64,000 nucleotides of DNA, from the IMG/VR virus record IMGVR_UViG_3300035208_008180. One strand, written 5' to 3'. Below the pieces are notes generated by a model. That model saw only the letters and a list, made by a program, of their open reading frames with translations. It was not told the DNA's origin and searched no databases. Within the stretch, counting starts at the first letter, position 1, and every line of letters begins with the position of its first letter. Below are positions 43,974 through 53,077 of this stretch, in pieces. A program made the translations under genes and the position numbers. This stretch comes from a virus (Duplodnaviria > Caudoviricetes).

Positions 43974-44046
43974 TGGCAGGGGCGGGGGATGATCCCGCTT
44001 TCATTTGGTTATGAGCCAAATAAGATAACCGTACCTACCCCCTGCG
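43974..44046 (-). tRNA. atypical tRNA-Met(CAT)
   Basis: CGCAGGG..CCCTGCC-A (C1:C72); TTTGG-CTCATAA-CCAAA; T-loop ATCATCC. Confidence 0.75.
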
Positions 44047-44063
44047 TCATGTTCATATATATG

Positions 44064-44091
44064 AGTATAGCTTGAAATTTTTTTCTGTCAA
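44064..44091 (-). promoter_or_regulatory. sigma70 promoter at the head of tRNA array B
   Basis: TTGACA-N16-TATACT. Confidence 0.7.
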
Positions 44092-44233
44092 TCCCTATTT
44101 TTCGGATTTTTTTCGGCGTAAACCAAAAATGGCTCCGAGTCGCCTTGCCACTATTCCCGCTCCAATGGAGACATTAGCTTATCGGGGTTTGCTGTCGCCG
44201 TTTCTCGGAGGTTGCCAGCTTGCTCTTCCATTA

Positions 44234-44332
44234 AATTTGTCAATCAACAACCCTTCTGATTCCGAAGAATCCGCACATGGTTAAGAGGCGTGCCGTGCGT
44301 AGCAAAACCCTCATATTGTTGATTGACAAATT
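44234..44332 (-). ncRNA. putative structured RNA
   Basis: 17-bp perfect closing stem AATTTGTCAATCAACAA/TTGTTGATTGACAAATT; inner GATTC-TTCG-GAATC and CGCAC/GTGCG. Confidence 0.5.
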
Positions 44333-44338
44333 GACAAA

Positions 44339-44971
44339 TTATCCCAATGGTCCATCAATGTGCTTGACATCCTCAGCACGAATTCGTTTGCCAAAACAAG
44401 ATTCCCGCCCAAAGCCATCCATCAACTCATGTGCCCGCTTTTCTCCATAGCACCACACCATTTCCTGTTCTCTGGAAATGTCCTCCACCTTCATCATACG
44501 CATCAACCAAATGAAGTGTTGCAGATAGCTGATCCACGGGTCGATTTGTTCTTGCAGTTGCTCTCTTGAATATCTTACCAACGTTGAGGGCAACATCGAC
44601 TTTTCAAGTTTTGTCAACTCCCGATCTTTCGTAATACGCAAAATCTCCAACTCTTGTTTTACTTTTGCGAAACCCTCAGCAAGATGATGCCAAATAAAAT
44701 GAGCATCGTCCTTGTCCAGCTTCAACATCACAATCGTTTCTGCCAATGCGGCCTCGGCGGCTTCTTTTGTGCTAAACACACTCAGTCGCCAATCCTCCCT
44801 TTCCTCGTTCTCAAACCTCAAAGTTCCTTTTCTACATATGCCGTCAGGGCTGGGAAACAGCATTTCAACGGTTGCTTTTGCTGGCTGCTTATCTATGGCA
44901 GCACAGTCTCCACGTAAAACCCAAACGGTATCTCCACGACCAAATTCAACACCGTCAATTGTGGTTGGCAT
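44339..44971 (-). CDS. hypothetical protein
   Basis: 210-aa coupled ORF. Confidence 0.6.
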   Translation of the reverse strand: MPTTIDGVEFGRGDTVWVLRGDCAAIDKQPAKATVEMLFPSPDGICRKGTLRFENEEREDWRLSVFSTKEAAEAALAETIVMLKLDKDDAHFIWHHLAEGFAKVKQELEILRITKDRELTKLEKSMLPSTLVRYSREQLQEQIDPWISYLQHFIWLMRMMKVEDISREQEMVWCYGEKRAHELMDGFGRESCFGKRIRAEDVKHIDGPLG

Positions 44972-45708
44972 TATTTCCCCAGGGCTTTTGTCAAAATGTC
45001 ATTTGATTCAATGCTCTCAACCGGCGTCTTAGGTTGCCCACCCCTTTTATCAGCGATACTCGCTAATAATTCTTCCAATTCTTTGTCGGAAATCTCCGAT
45101 GTATTGGTTTCCAACTGCTCTATCCCACGGTCTATTTCATCAAGCTTCGTGGAAATAATTTTTTTTGCTTTGTCAAGATTGTCCCGATCCTTTGTCATAG
45201 CGACCAAATCTTGAGCAAGCTGTCTGGTTTCGGTGTCTTTTATATCTGCGGAGGATTTAATGCCCAAACTTTTTAGTTTTTGTGTTTTAGTTGCAATTTG
45301 GGTACTCATCGTCAACAACACCGTATCCAATTTCTCCAGTTTCCCCGCACACACTTTTCTTTTGATTTTTAATTGTTTTAATTCATCTATTGGCACCGGC
45401 TTTGTGCTGTTATCGTCCTTGATATAAACCCCCGAAAGATCATTGTGGCCGATATTTGTTTTGGCTGTTAAAACAAATTTAGTGGAACTCGGCACTTCCA
45501 CATAATAGACGACTTCTACTCCATCCACAGTAGCTTTCAAAGTCTGTTCTGGATGCGTGGTATAATGAATGCAATCCTTTCCATCAACCTGCAAAGTGGC
45601 ATCGCTGGCAACTTCGATGGTATGCTTGTCGCTGACATAGACCCCCTTGTGCAAGTCTGGGGCACAACCACAAAAGCACAGCAATGTCAAAATAATTGTC
45701 TTATTCAT
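44971..45708 (-). CDS. putative lipoprotein with C-terminal coiled coil
   Basis: MNK..LLCFCG-C lipobox-like signal; AAGGAG RBS. Confidence 0.65.
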   Translation of the reverse strand: MNKTIILTLLCFCGCAPDLHKGVYVSDKHTIEVASDATLQVDGKDCIHYTTHPEQTLKATVDGVEVVYYVEVPSSTKFVLTAKTNIGHNDLSGVYIKDDNSTKPVPIDELKQLKIKRKVCAGKLEKLDTVLLTMSTQIATKTQKLKSLGIKSSADIKDTETRQLAQDLVAMTKDRDNLDKAKKIISTKLDEIDRGIEQLETNTSEISDKELEELLASIADKRGGQPKTPVESIESNDILTKALGK

Positions 45709-45805
45709 GGTCTACTCCTTTTAAGAGTGCAAAAGAACCACTGACCGTGCCCTCTTCTGCCTAGATGATGTTATTAAACCGCATCCGGTCAGTGGCTCCT
45801 GTTAC

Positions 45806-45835
45806 ATTATACTCCAGAAACTTGCCTTGTAAACC
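45806..45835 (-). promoter_or_regulatory. conserved phage promoter
   Basis: GGTTTACAAGGCAAGTTTCTGGAGTATAAT. Confidence 0.78.
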
Positions 45836-45870
45836 AAAAAAAAATGCCGGATTTTATGGATAATCCGGCA
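45836..45870 (-). terminator. intrinsic terminator
   Basis: TGCCGGATT-loop-AATCCGGCA followed by a T-run. Confidence 0.75.
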
Positions 45871-46182
45871 AAAACCTCTGGTGGTTAGGACGACCAGATG
45901 CGTCCCAGTGTGTTGAGGAACAACTGACAAATCCCAGATGTTGTGGAGACACCTGACAAAACCTCTGGCTAGGTAGGCGAAACCAGTAATGCCCAGGTGT
46001 TGTGGTGACACCTGCTGAAACCTCTGATTTATAGGCAATCAGATAAAAGCCTCGGGTTTATGTGGAGAAAACCAGATGAAAACCCCCACTTTATAGTCGA
46101 GGGAAGACCGCCTTTTAAGTTAAAAAGACTAACCCCGCTTTAAGGGATAGCAGTAACCCCCTTTTAAGGAGAAAGGGAAACC
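45871..46182 (-). repeat. array of degenerate 30-nt hairpin units
   Basis: At least 7 clear units, e.g. CAGGTGT-CACCACA-ACACCTG-GGC and TCTGATT-GCCTATA-AATCAGA-GGT, plus degenerate ones. Confidence 0.7.
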
Positions 46183-46184
46183 TC

Positions 46185-46739
46185 CTATGCGGCTCCCACA
46201 GGAAGGAGCCGGTTCACACATGATTTGTTTCTGCAAATTAGGAAAATTGCACCAATGCCAAGCAGAACGATAGTAGATGGTTCGGGACAATCCGTGGCAA
46301 CATCAATTCCAGTGACACCAGCCCACGAAAACGAGTTGGGGAATTGAATAATCTCTGCACCCGACTGGGGTGTGATAATCCACTCCCAGACATAAGTATT
46401 AGCAAAATGAACAGAATCACTACCCGTAACAGTAAATCCTTGAGGCACCCACACAATAGGATCGACTACATTGGAATCACTCTGCCACTCTACTTGCAAC
46501 CACAAATGCTTTACTCTGTCCAACTGTTCGTTATTCGGAATAAAAAGCCACTTATCTTGGTTGGAAGGAATTGTAAACCACTCGGGCATTCCATAACCAG
46601 GATCAGTAATTTTTGTCCACGTCCACATCGATCCATTCAATTCGCCATGATATTGATAATCAACGACAGCAGGAATGATATCAGCAGACGCACAATTGCA
46701 GATCGACATTGCCAGCAAAATCAATAATGTTCGTTTCAT
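46185..46739 (-). CDS. PEP-CTERM surface protein
   Basis: Signal peptide MKRTLLILLA..; C-terminal PEPSTIVLLGIGAIFLICRNK; leaderless ATG 6 nt after TATAAT. Confidence 0.82.
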   Translation of the reverse strand: MKRTLLILLAMSICNCASADIIPAVVDYQYHGELNGSMWTWTKITDPGYGMPEWFTIPSNQDKWLFIPNNEQLDRVKHLWLQVEWQSDSNVVDPIVWVPQGFTVTGSDSVHFANTYVWEWIITPQSGAEIIQFPNSFSWAGVTGIDVATDCPEPSTIVLLGIGAIFLICRNKSCVNRLLPVGAA

Positions 46740-46763
46740 GTTCCCATTATACTTCAGAATCAA

Positions 46764-47444
46764 TCAAGTGTAAACCACCGTTTTCAGAATTTTAATCAGC
46801 TTTTCCATATCCACATCTGCGGGCAACGAACGATATTCCACCCGCCCATCGTGCTTGATCTCGTAGAAACCCGGTCGTCGCTTAGCTTCTTTGATTTCTT
46901 CGGCAAATGCAGCATCCAACTTCAAGAAAATTTGTGGCCAATCAAAATTGACGTTGTAGATACGTTCTTTGCAATGTCCGCATGACTCACAAGCATCTTC
47001 TGTAAAACTGGTCTCTTGGGTGAAGCTGACATGTACGCCCGCTGTGCCTTCCAGCATTGCATTTTTGTGTGTTTCGTATCCATAAAAGTTTTGATACTTC
47101 ACCAACGGCTTAGTGAAATATCTTGCGGATTGCAACCTTACGGTCTTAGGAACCTTCATGATTGGCACATCTGACAATCTGAATGGTAATCCAGCAAAGA
47201 AGGTTTCGGCGTTAATTTCTGCCAGCGTCTGCTCAATCTTGTAAATTTCTGCCTTTAAGCTAAACACGGCATCAACAGGGTTGCTAAAAGGTTCGCCCCT
47301 TGCTTCAACCAACCAGCCGCAATCATCGTGTGGTAAACGAAGTAAGGAATGCCCGCCAGTCCCGGTCGGATTTACAGCAGCCAGAGAAACAGGCTCGCCG
47401 TCTTTTGTTAAAAGAAAAAATTCTTTTTCTAAACCAATTCTCAT
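46764..47444 (-). CDS. COOH-NH2 ligase (glutamate-cysteine ligase-like amidoligase)
   Basis: IGLEKEF, DDCGWLVEAR, AGVHVSF, VEYRSL. Confidence 0.72.
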   Translation of the reverse strand: MRIGLEKEFFLLTKDGEPVSLAAVNPTGTGGHSLLRLPHDDCGWLVEARGEPFSNPVDAVFSLKAEIYKIEQTLAEINAETFFAGLPFRLSDVPIMKVPKTVRLQSARYFTKPLVKYQNFYGYETHKNAMLEGTAGVHVSFTQETSFTEDACESCGHCKERIYNVNFDWPQIFLKLDAAFAEEIKEAKRRPGFYEIKHDGRVEYRSLPADVDMEKLIKILKTVVYT

Positions 47445-47476
47445 ATTTGTTCCTCCATGACAAAACTATAACTAAA

Positions 47477-48181
47477 TCAGCCCTGCAATGCAATACCAAA
47501 CTTCTCTCGCATCAACAGCTTTGCTTTTTGAAGCAATTGATGGATATACGGACTTGATACCCCCAATTGCTTGGCAATCTCTTTCAGTGTTTTTCTTTCA
47601 ATATAATGTTCGTGAAGAATTTGTTTTGCTCTTGTTGTAAAAAATGTATCGCCAGAATGCATGGTGAACAATTCATCTACCAAGTCTGCGTTTGAAGACC
47701 GTGGATCAACAATTTGCATTTCAGTGAAGTCTACCAACTCTTCATGATATTTTATTTTTCTTTGTTTATATCCATCAAGAATGGCATTTCGCATACAGCG
47801 AATAGCATAACTAGACCATGTGCATTCATGTTGCTGGGCTAAGTCTGGTGTCCAGCTTTCCACGGCTCTCCACAAGCCCATCAAAGCATCGGAATATTCT
47901 TCGCTATTTTCTACATCTTCATTAGACTTGAGAAAAGTTAAAGCCGAAGAGCGAGCCAGCTTCAAATTGGCCTCGACGGTTGGCTTGACGAACCTTAGCT
48001 CTTGTGTGCTTTGGTCGTCTTGCAGTCCCGATGTAGAAATAGGGGACGGAAGAGTGAACGATTTTTTCTTCAAAGCAATTGTCATAAAGCCCTCGCAGAC
48101 CAAAGTGTTTTTGCACTTCGGACCAACTTGCTTACACGACAAGCACTTCGGACCAACCTGCGTTGATGATTTAATAGACAT
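47477..48181 (-). CDS. RNA polymerase sigma-70 family factor (start may be 48085)
   Basis: Region 2 (EANLKL..DALMGLWRAVESW..SSYAIRCMRNAILD) and region 4 (TLKEIAKQLGVS). Confidence 0.82.
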   Translation of the reverse strand: MSIKSSTQVGPKCLSCKQVGPKCKNTLVCEGFMTIALKKKSFTLPSPISTSGLQDDQSTQELRFVKPTVEANLKLARSSALTFLKSNEDVENSEEYSDALMGLWRAVESWTPDLAQQHECTWSSYAIRCMRNAILDGYKQRKIKYHEELVDFTEMQIVDPRSSNADLVDELFTMHSGDTFFTTRAKQILHEHYIERKTLKEIAKQLGVSSPYIHQLLQKAKLLMREKFGIALQG

Positions 48182-50379
48182 TACAACAAATTCTTCAAGG
48201 TGTCAACATCAATGATGGGAATTCCTAACGCCGTTGCCTCAGCCGACTTATCACCACTACCATCTCCAGCCACCAGATATTTTACTTTTTTGGATACACT
48301 TCCAGCACACTTGCCACCCAATTCTTCGATCTTTGCTTTCCAGAATGTTTTACCTTGCGGCAAACTACCACTGAGGCAGAAGGTCACGCCTGTTAGTTTT
48401 CCGATTTTGGGAAGTTGCAAGTCAAAATGTTGCAGCAGCCGGTTGATTTCTTGCGAATGCAATTGCAGGTAAGAATAAATGATTTCGGCTGTCTTTTTAC
48501 CAACCCCATCCGTGCCCTCAAGTTCATTAACGCTAGCTGCCTGTATCTTGTCAATACCCCGAAAGTGAGAAATTAAAGATTTTCCCGAATCCTCCCCTGC
48601 TGTGGGAATACCCAGGGCAGCAAAGAACTTCCAGGCATCCACCTTCTTGGGGGTTTTAATTGCTGCTGTTATTTGTGTCGCAAGCTCTTTATCATCAATA
48701 TGTTCGGGATCGTGAATCATATGAATGGCAGCCACGGTCAACAGTGATTCTCGCTCCGAAAGCCCTGCCGCCATGCAATCTGCGGCGGAAAGAGAATAAA
48801 AATCGGCTCTGGTGGTAATTTTACCACTGGACATGAGCATTTCAACAGTTGCCTCTCCCAATCCCAGGCAACCCAAGACCTTAAACCAATGACAATAATT
48901 GCTCAATTGCTTCGCTGGACAGTCGGAATTCTCACATCGAAGTTCCCACATTTCCTCCCTATTACCTTTGGCGGGGGTGTGAATACTGGCCGTAGGCTTG
49001 CCACACGATGGGCAAGTTTTGGGATAGGTTGGGTCACACGAATTAGATTTGACACCCACCACCTTGGGGATAATGTTCCCGGCTTTTTGGACAAGTATTT
49101 CTGTGCCCAGGCCAATTTTCTTACGAATCATAAATCCGAGATTATGGAGCGTGGCACGGGCTACATTCGTGTCGGCCAAGCGAATGGGAGCAAAAATAGC
49201 AACGGGTTTAATGACCCCAGTGCGACCCACATTCCACTCAATGGCTTTAATGATTGCAGGCTCACGTTCCTCAGCGAATTTCCAAGCAATCTTGCCCCGT
49301 GGATTACCATCGGGTTTATCACCGTGGGTGCCCAAGTGACTCTGTTCATCCAAGCTTTCTACACCAATCACAATCCCGTCAACCCGATAATCCAGAGAGG
49401 GGACTTCTGCCTCCATCTTTGCCAAATCAAAGAAATTAAAGCTTCTGCTTTGCACAAATCGAATGCATGGCTCATTCGGATGTGCTGAATCGTAGCCCAG
49501 ATTTTTATTGACCCAAATAGCCTTTTCGGTTTCGGTACTGTAAGGAATAGGGGAACTATCATTCCACGTAATCCCATGAGCAATGCAAGTTACCAAATGA
49601 TATTTGGTTTTCTCGGGATCATTGAATTGTCGGATACCACCGACTGCCGCTGATCGTTGGTTAGAAAATTCTTTTTCCCCCTGTTGTCGCTTCCAATCTT
49701 GAACCTTGGGGAAATCGGAAGTCAAAACAATCAATTCACCCCGAATGGCACATGTGATCGGAACTTTGAGCTTTGTGGGAATGCCCTTCACATATTTGGC
49801 TTGCTCTGTGACATCTTCCCCATATTCTCCATCCCGTGGACGCAAACCAGCCGAAACCAATTCCCCCTTCTCATAATAGAATTGAATAGAAACTCCATCC
49901 AATTTCCATTGCTGATAAAAATAGCCACGGGGATAAGTTACGTTGCTGCCCTTGTATTTCTCTCCATCCAGAACATAAAACTTGCCTTCCCGAACCGACT
50001 TGGGGGCTTTCTCTGTGCAATCTGAAATCCACTTCCAAAGTTGTGCTTTTTGGATTTCCAAATCCTCATGGCTTGCTTTGTCGATGGAGGTCAGCAATGG
50101 GACGTGTTTTACCTTCTTTGTGGAAATTACCCGCTTTGAAGCCGTAACAGTTTTGAAGATTTTGGAGTCAGAACGATTAGCCTGGAGGGTGCCCTTGAGC
50201 ATATCGTATTTTGGGTCGGATACGGGGGTTGCAGCATCCAACCCCAAGAGTTTCAACATATCATCCGATGTATCGGCGGGGATTAGGCAATCTTCGCCGT
50301 CATCAAATCGAGTATCCAACTCAGCAATAATGGCTTCCAACTCATCGCACTGACTGGCATTCAATTTCGGGTAATTCAT
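48181..50379 (-). CDS. ligA: NAD-dependent DNA ligase
   Basis: SDPKYD, KLDG, GEDVT, RGEL, DGIVI, AWKF, VGRTG, RATLHN, AGNIIP, C4 Zn finger, HhH, BRCT. Confidence 0.95.
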   Translation of the reverse strand: MNYPKLNASQCDELEAIIAELDTRFDDGEDCLIPADTSDDMLKLLGLDAATPVSDPKYDMLKGTLQANRSDSKIFKTVTASKRVISTKKVKHVPLLTSIDKASHEDLEIQKAQLWKWISDCTEKAPKSVREGKFYVLDGEKYKGSNVTYPRGYFYQQWKLDGVSIQFYYEKGELVSAGLRPRDGEYGEDVTEQAKYVKGIPTKLKVPITCAIRGELIVLTSDFPKVQDWKRQQGEKEFSNQRSAAVGGIRQFNDPEKTKYHLVTCIAHGITWNDSSPIPYSTETEKAIWVNKNLGYDSAHPNEPCIRFVQSRSFNFFDLAKMEAEVPSLDYRVDGIVIGVESLDEQSHLGTHGDKPDGNPRGKIAWKFAEEREPAIIKAIEWNVGRTGVIKPVAIFAPIRLADTNVARATLHNLGFMIRKKIGLGTEILVQKAGNIIPKVVGVKSNSCDPTYPKTCPSCGKPTASIHTPAKGNREEMWELRCENSDCPAKQLSNYCHWFKVLGCLGLGEATVEMLMSSGKITTRADFYSLSAADCMAAGLSERESLLTVAAIHMIHDPEHIDDKELATQITAAIKTPKKVDAWKFFAALGIPTAGEDSGKSLISHFRGIDKIQAASVNELEGTDGVGKKTAEIIYSYLQLHSQEINRLLQHFDLQLPKIGKLTGVTFCLSGSLPQGKTFWKAKIEELGGKCAGSVSKKVKYLVAGDGSGDKSAEATALGIPIIDVDTLKNLL

Positions 50380-50415
50380 GATTTTGTCCTTTCATCTTCC
50401 CAATGTACAGGAAAA

Positions 50416-50709
50416 CTATGTTCCCGGCTTTTTCTGGGCTTCTTCGATTTTCTCAAGAGCATTGTTCATCCTGTCTATTCTAATTTCGATGGCAGGCTTG
50501 ATATTGAGACAAATCATGGAAAAATGTTGAGCAAGGGTATCGTTTCCGTAGCCATGTTGGGGGTCATTTTTTATTGCCCTAAGAAACTCACGGGCTTCGT
50601 GAATCTCTATAATTTCTCCGCAGAGAAACAAATCGGCTGACTGCATATAAAGCCAGTCAATAATTGCCCTCAACTGTTCGCACTGTGTTTTTTCTGTATC
50701 GTTCATCAT
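50416..50709 (-). CDS. hypothetical protein
   Basis: 97-aa ORF. Confidence 0.5.
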   Translation of the reverse strand: MMNDTEKTQCEQLRAIIDWLYMQSADLFLCGEIIEIHEAREFLRAIKNDPQHGYGNDTLAQHFSMICLNIKPAIEIRIDRMNNALEKIEEAQKKPGT

Positions 50710-51004
50710 GACCTTTGGAGTTTGATAACAGAAAGTTGCCCCAACAAATAAGCCTTATACAGAGCCTGAGTTGATCGGTCGCATCATCCTTGATTGGCTC
50801 AGGAAAAAAAAGACCAATATTTTTGGACAAGGATGTGTCTTTAAATTCATCCCATACCAACGCAAGTTGTGCCTCCAATGCAGCTTCTTCGCTGCCGCCC
50901 AGCACCAAACATTCGGTACGTTTTTTGGCAAACTCGACTGCCCTTGCCATAACCTCAGCGGCATTCTCTGGCTCTTTGGGCTCTTTTCTGGTTTCAATAT
51001 TCAT
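50657..51004 (-). CDS. hypothetical protein
   Basis: 115-aa coupled ORF. Confidence 0.5.
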   Translation of the reverse strand: MNIETRKEPKEPENAAEVMARAVEFAKKRTECLVLGGSEEAALEAQLALVWDEFKDTSLSKNIGLFFPEPIKDDATDQLRLCIRLICWGNFLLSNSKGHDERYRKNTVRTVEGNY

Positions 51005-51369
51005 TTTTCCACCTTTGTTATCTTCCCAAAAATGTTATCGGCACCAATGGTGCCATTGGTGTGTTTTTTGTTATTGCCGATTTGATAAAGCACACAACCC
51101 ATTTTTTGTTTAACAGCTTCTACCAAGTGAATATAATAATGCCCCTTCACCTTGCAGAATACTATATCACCTTTTTCAACAATTGCAATACGGTGGTCTT
51201 TTTCTTTGATTGGCTCGATAGTCACCAAATCACCGCTGCTGATCTTTGGCTCCATTGAATTACCTTTGGGTCGAATCTGGACTCTTTTTCCAGCCTTCAG
51301 GTCATCAACGTGTTTTAACCAATCCATTATTCTACATCTTTCAGAAAAACTTTTCACTTTGATTCCCAC
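51001..51369 (-). CDS. S24/S26 peptidase-like protein
   Basis: KGNSMEPKISSGDLV..GDIVFCKV..IHLV. Confidence 0.7.
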   Translation of the reverse strand: MGIKVKSFSERCRIMDWLKHVDDLKAGKRVQIRPKGNSMEPKISSGDLVTIEPIKEKDHRIAIVEKGDIVFCKVKGHYYIHLVEAVKQKMGCVLYQIGNNKKHTNGTIGADNIFGKITKVEK

Positions 51370-51737
51370 CCGTGGTGCCCAAACCCAGTCACATCCTCTC
51401 GGTGGTCGGGATCGGGCACCATTTTTGCCGTAAGATGTTCTCCCTCATGCACAATTCGCACTTCGCCTTCAAATGTATCGGCAACTACATCCATCATTTC
51501 AATGTATCCCAAACCTCGCATGTATGTGTGAAATTCATTGAGCAAATCGTCTTCGGAAATAAATTTACTTTCAAAAAATGCAGCAACATCCAGACGCCAT
51601 TCCTGCACGGTCTGGCTGGGATGTATCCAATACTCCGTTTCCAATCCATAGCTGCTTTGTATCCGCACAGAAAAAATGCGAACACCTTGATCCGACAACA
51701 ATTTGTGAATTTCTTTTGCGTTCATGCTGTTTGCCAT
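51354..51737 (-). CDS. hypothetical protein
   Basis: 127-aa ORF. Confidence 0.5.
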   Translation of the reverse strand: MANSMNAKEIHKLLSDQGVRIFSVRIQSSYGLETEYWIHPSQTVQEWRLDVAAFFESKFISEDDLLNEFHTYMRGLGYIEMMDVVADTFEGEVRIVHEGEHLTAKMVPDPDHREDVTGFGHHGWESK

Positions 51738-51911
51738 GTATCATCGAGAATCACGCTCTCATCCACAACCAAACACTGTCCTTTTTCTGGCCCTTCGGAA
51801 AACACCAACACCCACCCTTGCGTTGGATCGTTTATCCATTCAACAATCCCAATAATGGGATGTTGCAGTTTGCACGGCTCTTGGGTGGTGATAATTTCAA
51901 AAATCTTCATT

Positions 51912-52352
51912 TTAGCCCACCTTTGTCAAGTATTCCCGCACTTTTTGTTTTCTATTCAACAACTCAACCTTGTCGTTCAAACGACGCATGACCACAAGCC
52001 AATTCTCTAATTTCTTTTTTCTTGCTGCTGCCACTTCCTGCAAATGCTTTAATTCCTCCGCTTGCCTTTTCACTTGGGCCTTCAGCTTTTCGTTTTCGGC
52101 CAACAGTGCTTTTTCGTCTTTTGATTTCTTTTCACCATAATAATATCCCCAAAACCAATCTACGAATTTTGCCACATCCGAGAGACAGTTGACCAATGGC
52201 ACAAATCTATCCAAGGCACGACAATTACGCTGGGATACATCCTGGGGTGATTGGCTGGCATTGGATTTTGCAATCAATTCTGCATCCACACGTAGGTGCT
52301 TGCGTTGCCCAGAAAGTATGTTGTCTAGCTCTTGTTTTAAGCTTTGCATCAC
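51912..52352 (-). CDS. hypothetical coiled-coil protein
   Basis: 146 aa with AGGAGGT RBS. Confidence 0.6.
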   Translation of the reverse strand: MMQSLKQELDNILSGQRKHLRVDAELIAKSNASQSPQDVSQRNCRALDRFVPLVNCLSDVAKFVDWFWGYYYGEKKSKDEKALLAENEKLKAQVKRQAEELKHLQEVAAARKKKLENWLVVMRRLNDKVELLNRKQKVREYLTKVG

Positions 52353-52360
52353 TACCTCCT

Positions 52361-52858
52361 CTATTGTTCGACAATTTCAACTATGTCTCTATACCAATCA
52401 AACCCAGGATATTTACTTTCAAACTTTTTTGCCTTTTGGCAACAATCTTTGACTCTCTTGTTAAAATCCTTGAATAATTTTAATTGCCATATTGCATCCT
52501 CGACCGTACCGTTGTGCCCAACCATATCATCAAATGCTTGCTGCTGTTCCTGAAAAAACGTTTTTTCCAAAAATGTTGGATCAATGATGTTCACGCCCTC
52601 AATTTCAAAACTGGCGTAGTCGTCTTCTTCCCAATAAATGTGCAGATGCAATCTTAGTTTTAACGCAGGAAAATCAACCTTCTGTTGTATTCCTTTGCTT
52701 AAAAACTTGTACTCTTTTCTCATTGCCGACAATTCGACCACGGAAGGCATCAACGCACAACCTTTTAAAGCATTTGATACTTCCGGTGGTTCAGCAACAC
52801 CTGCTGCTTTGCAACGTTTTCTAATGTCCAAAAATTCTTTAATTTTAACGCTATTCAT
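52361..52858 (-). CDS. hypothetical protein
   Basis: 165-aa ORF. Confidence 0.55.
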   Translation of the reverse strand: MNSVKIKEFLDIRKRCKAAGVAEPPEVSNALKGCALMPSVVELSAMRKEYKFLSKGIQQKVDFPALKLRLHLHIYWEEDDYASFEIEGVNIIDPTFLEKTFFQEQQQAFDDMVGHNGTVEDAIWQLKLFKDFNKRVKDCCQKAKKFESKYPGFDWYRDIVEIVEQ

Positions 52859-53077
52859 TTGTCTGTTTCTTTTTGCGAAGTGCCAATAAAACCATCACAC
52901 CAATGATGGAATAAAGAACTAAAATCGATGCTACAAACGCTGCTCCGAAAGCACAAAGCAAACACAAAAACGCATTATGTGGCTCAAATAACTTGACCAG
53001 ACCTATATAAAGCAACAGTCCAATCGGCGTAGCCGGAATAAGCACTATTAAATACACCGTTATTTTAGCAATGCCAC

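Noticed and set aside
45845-46182. CRISPR array
   Set aside because: Units share structure but not an identical repeat, there are no unique spacers between repeats, and no cas genes are in the window.
48112-48157. 15-bp direct repeat GCACTTCGGACCAAC as an operator of the sigma gene
   Set aside because: Only two copies, equally explained as a coding duplication (QVGPKC x2); not enough support.
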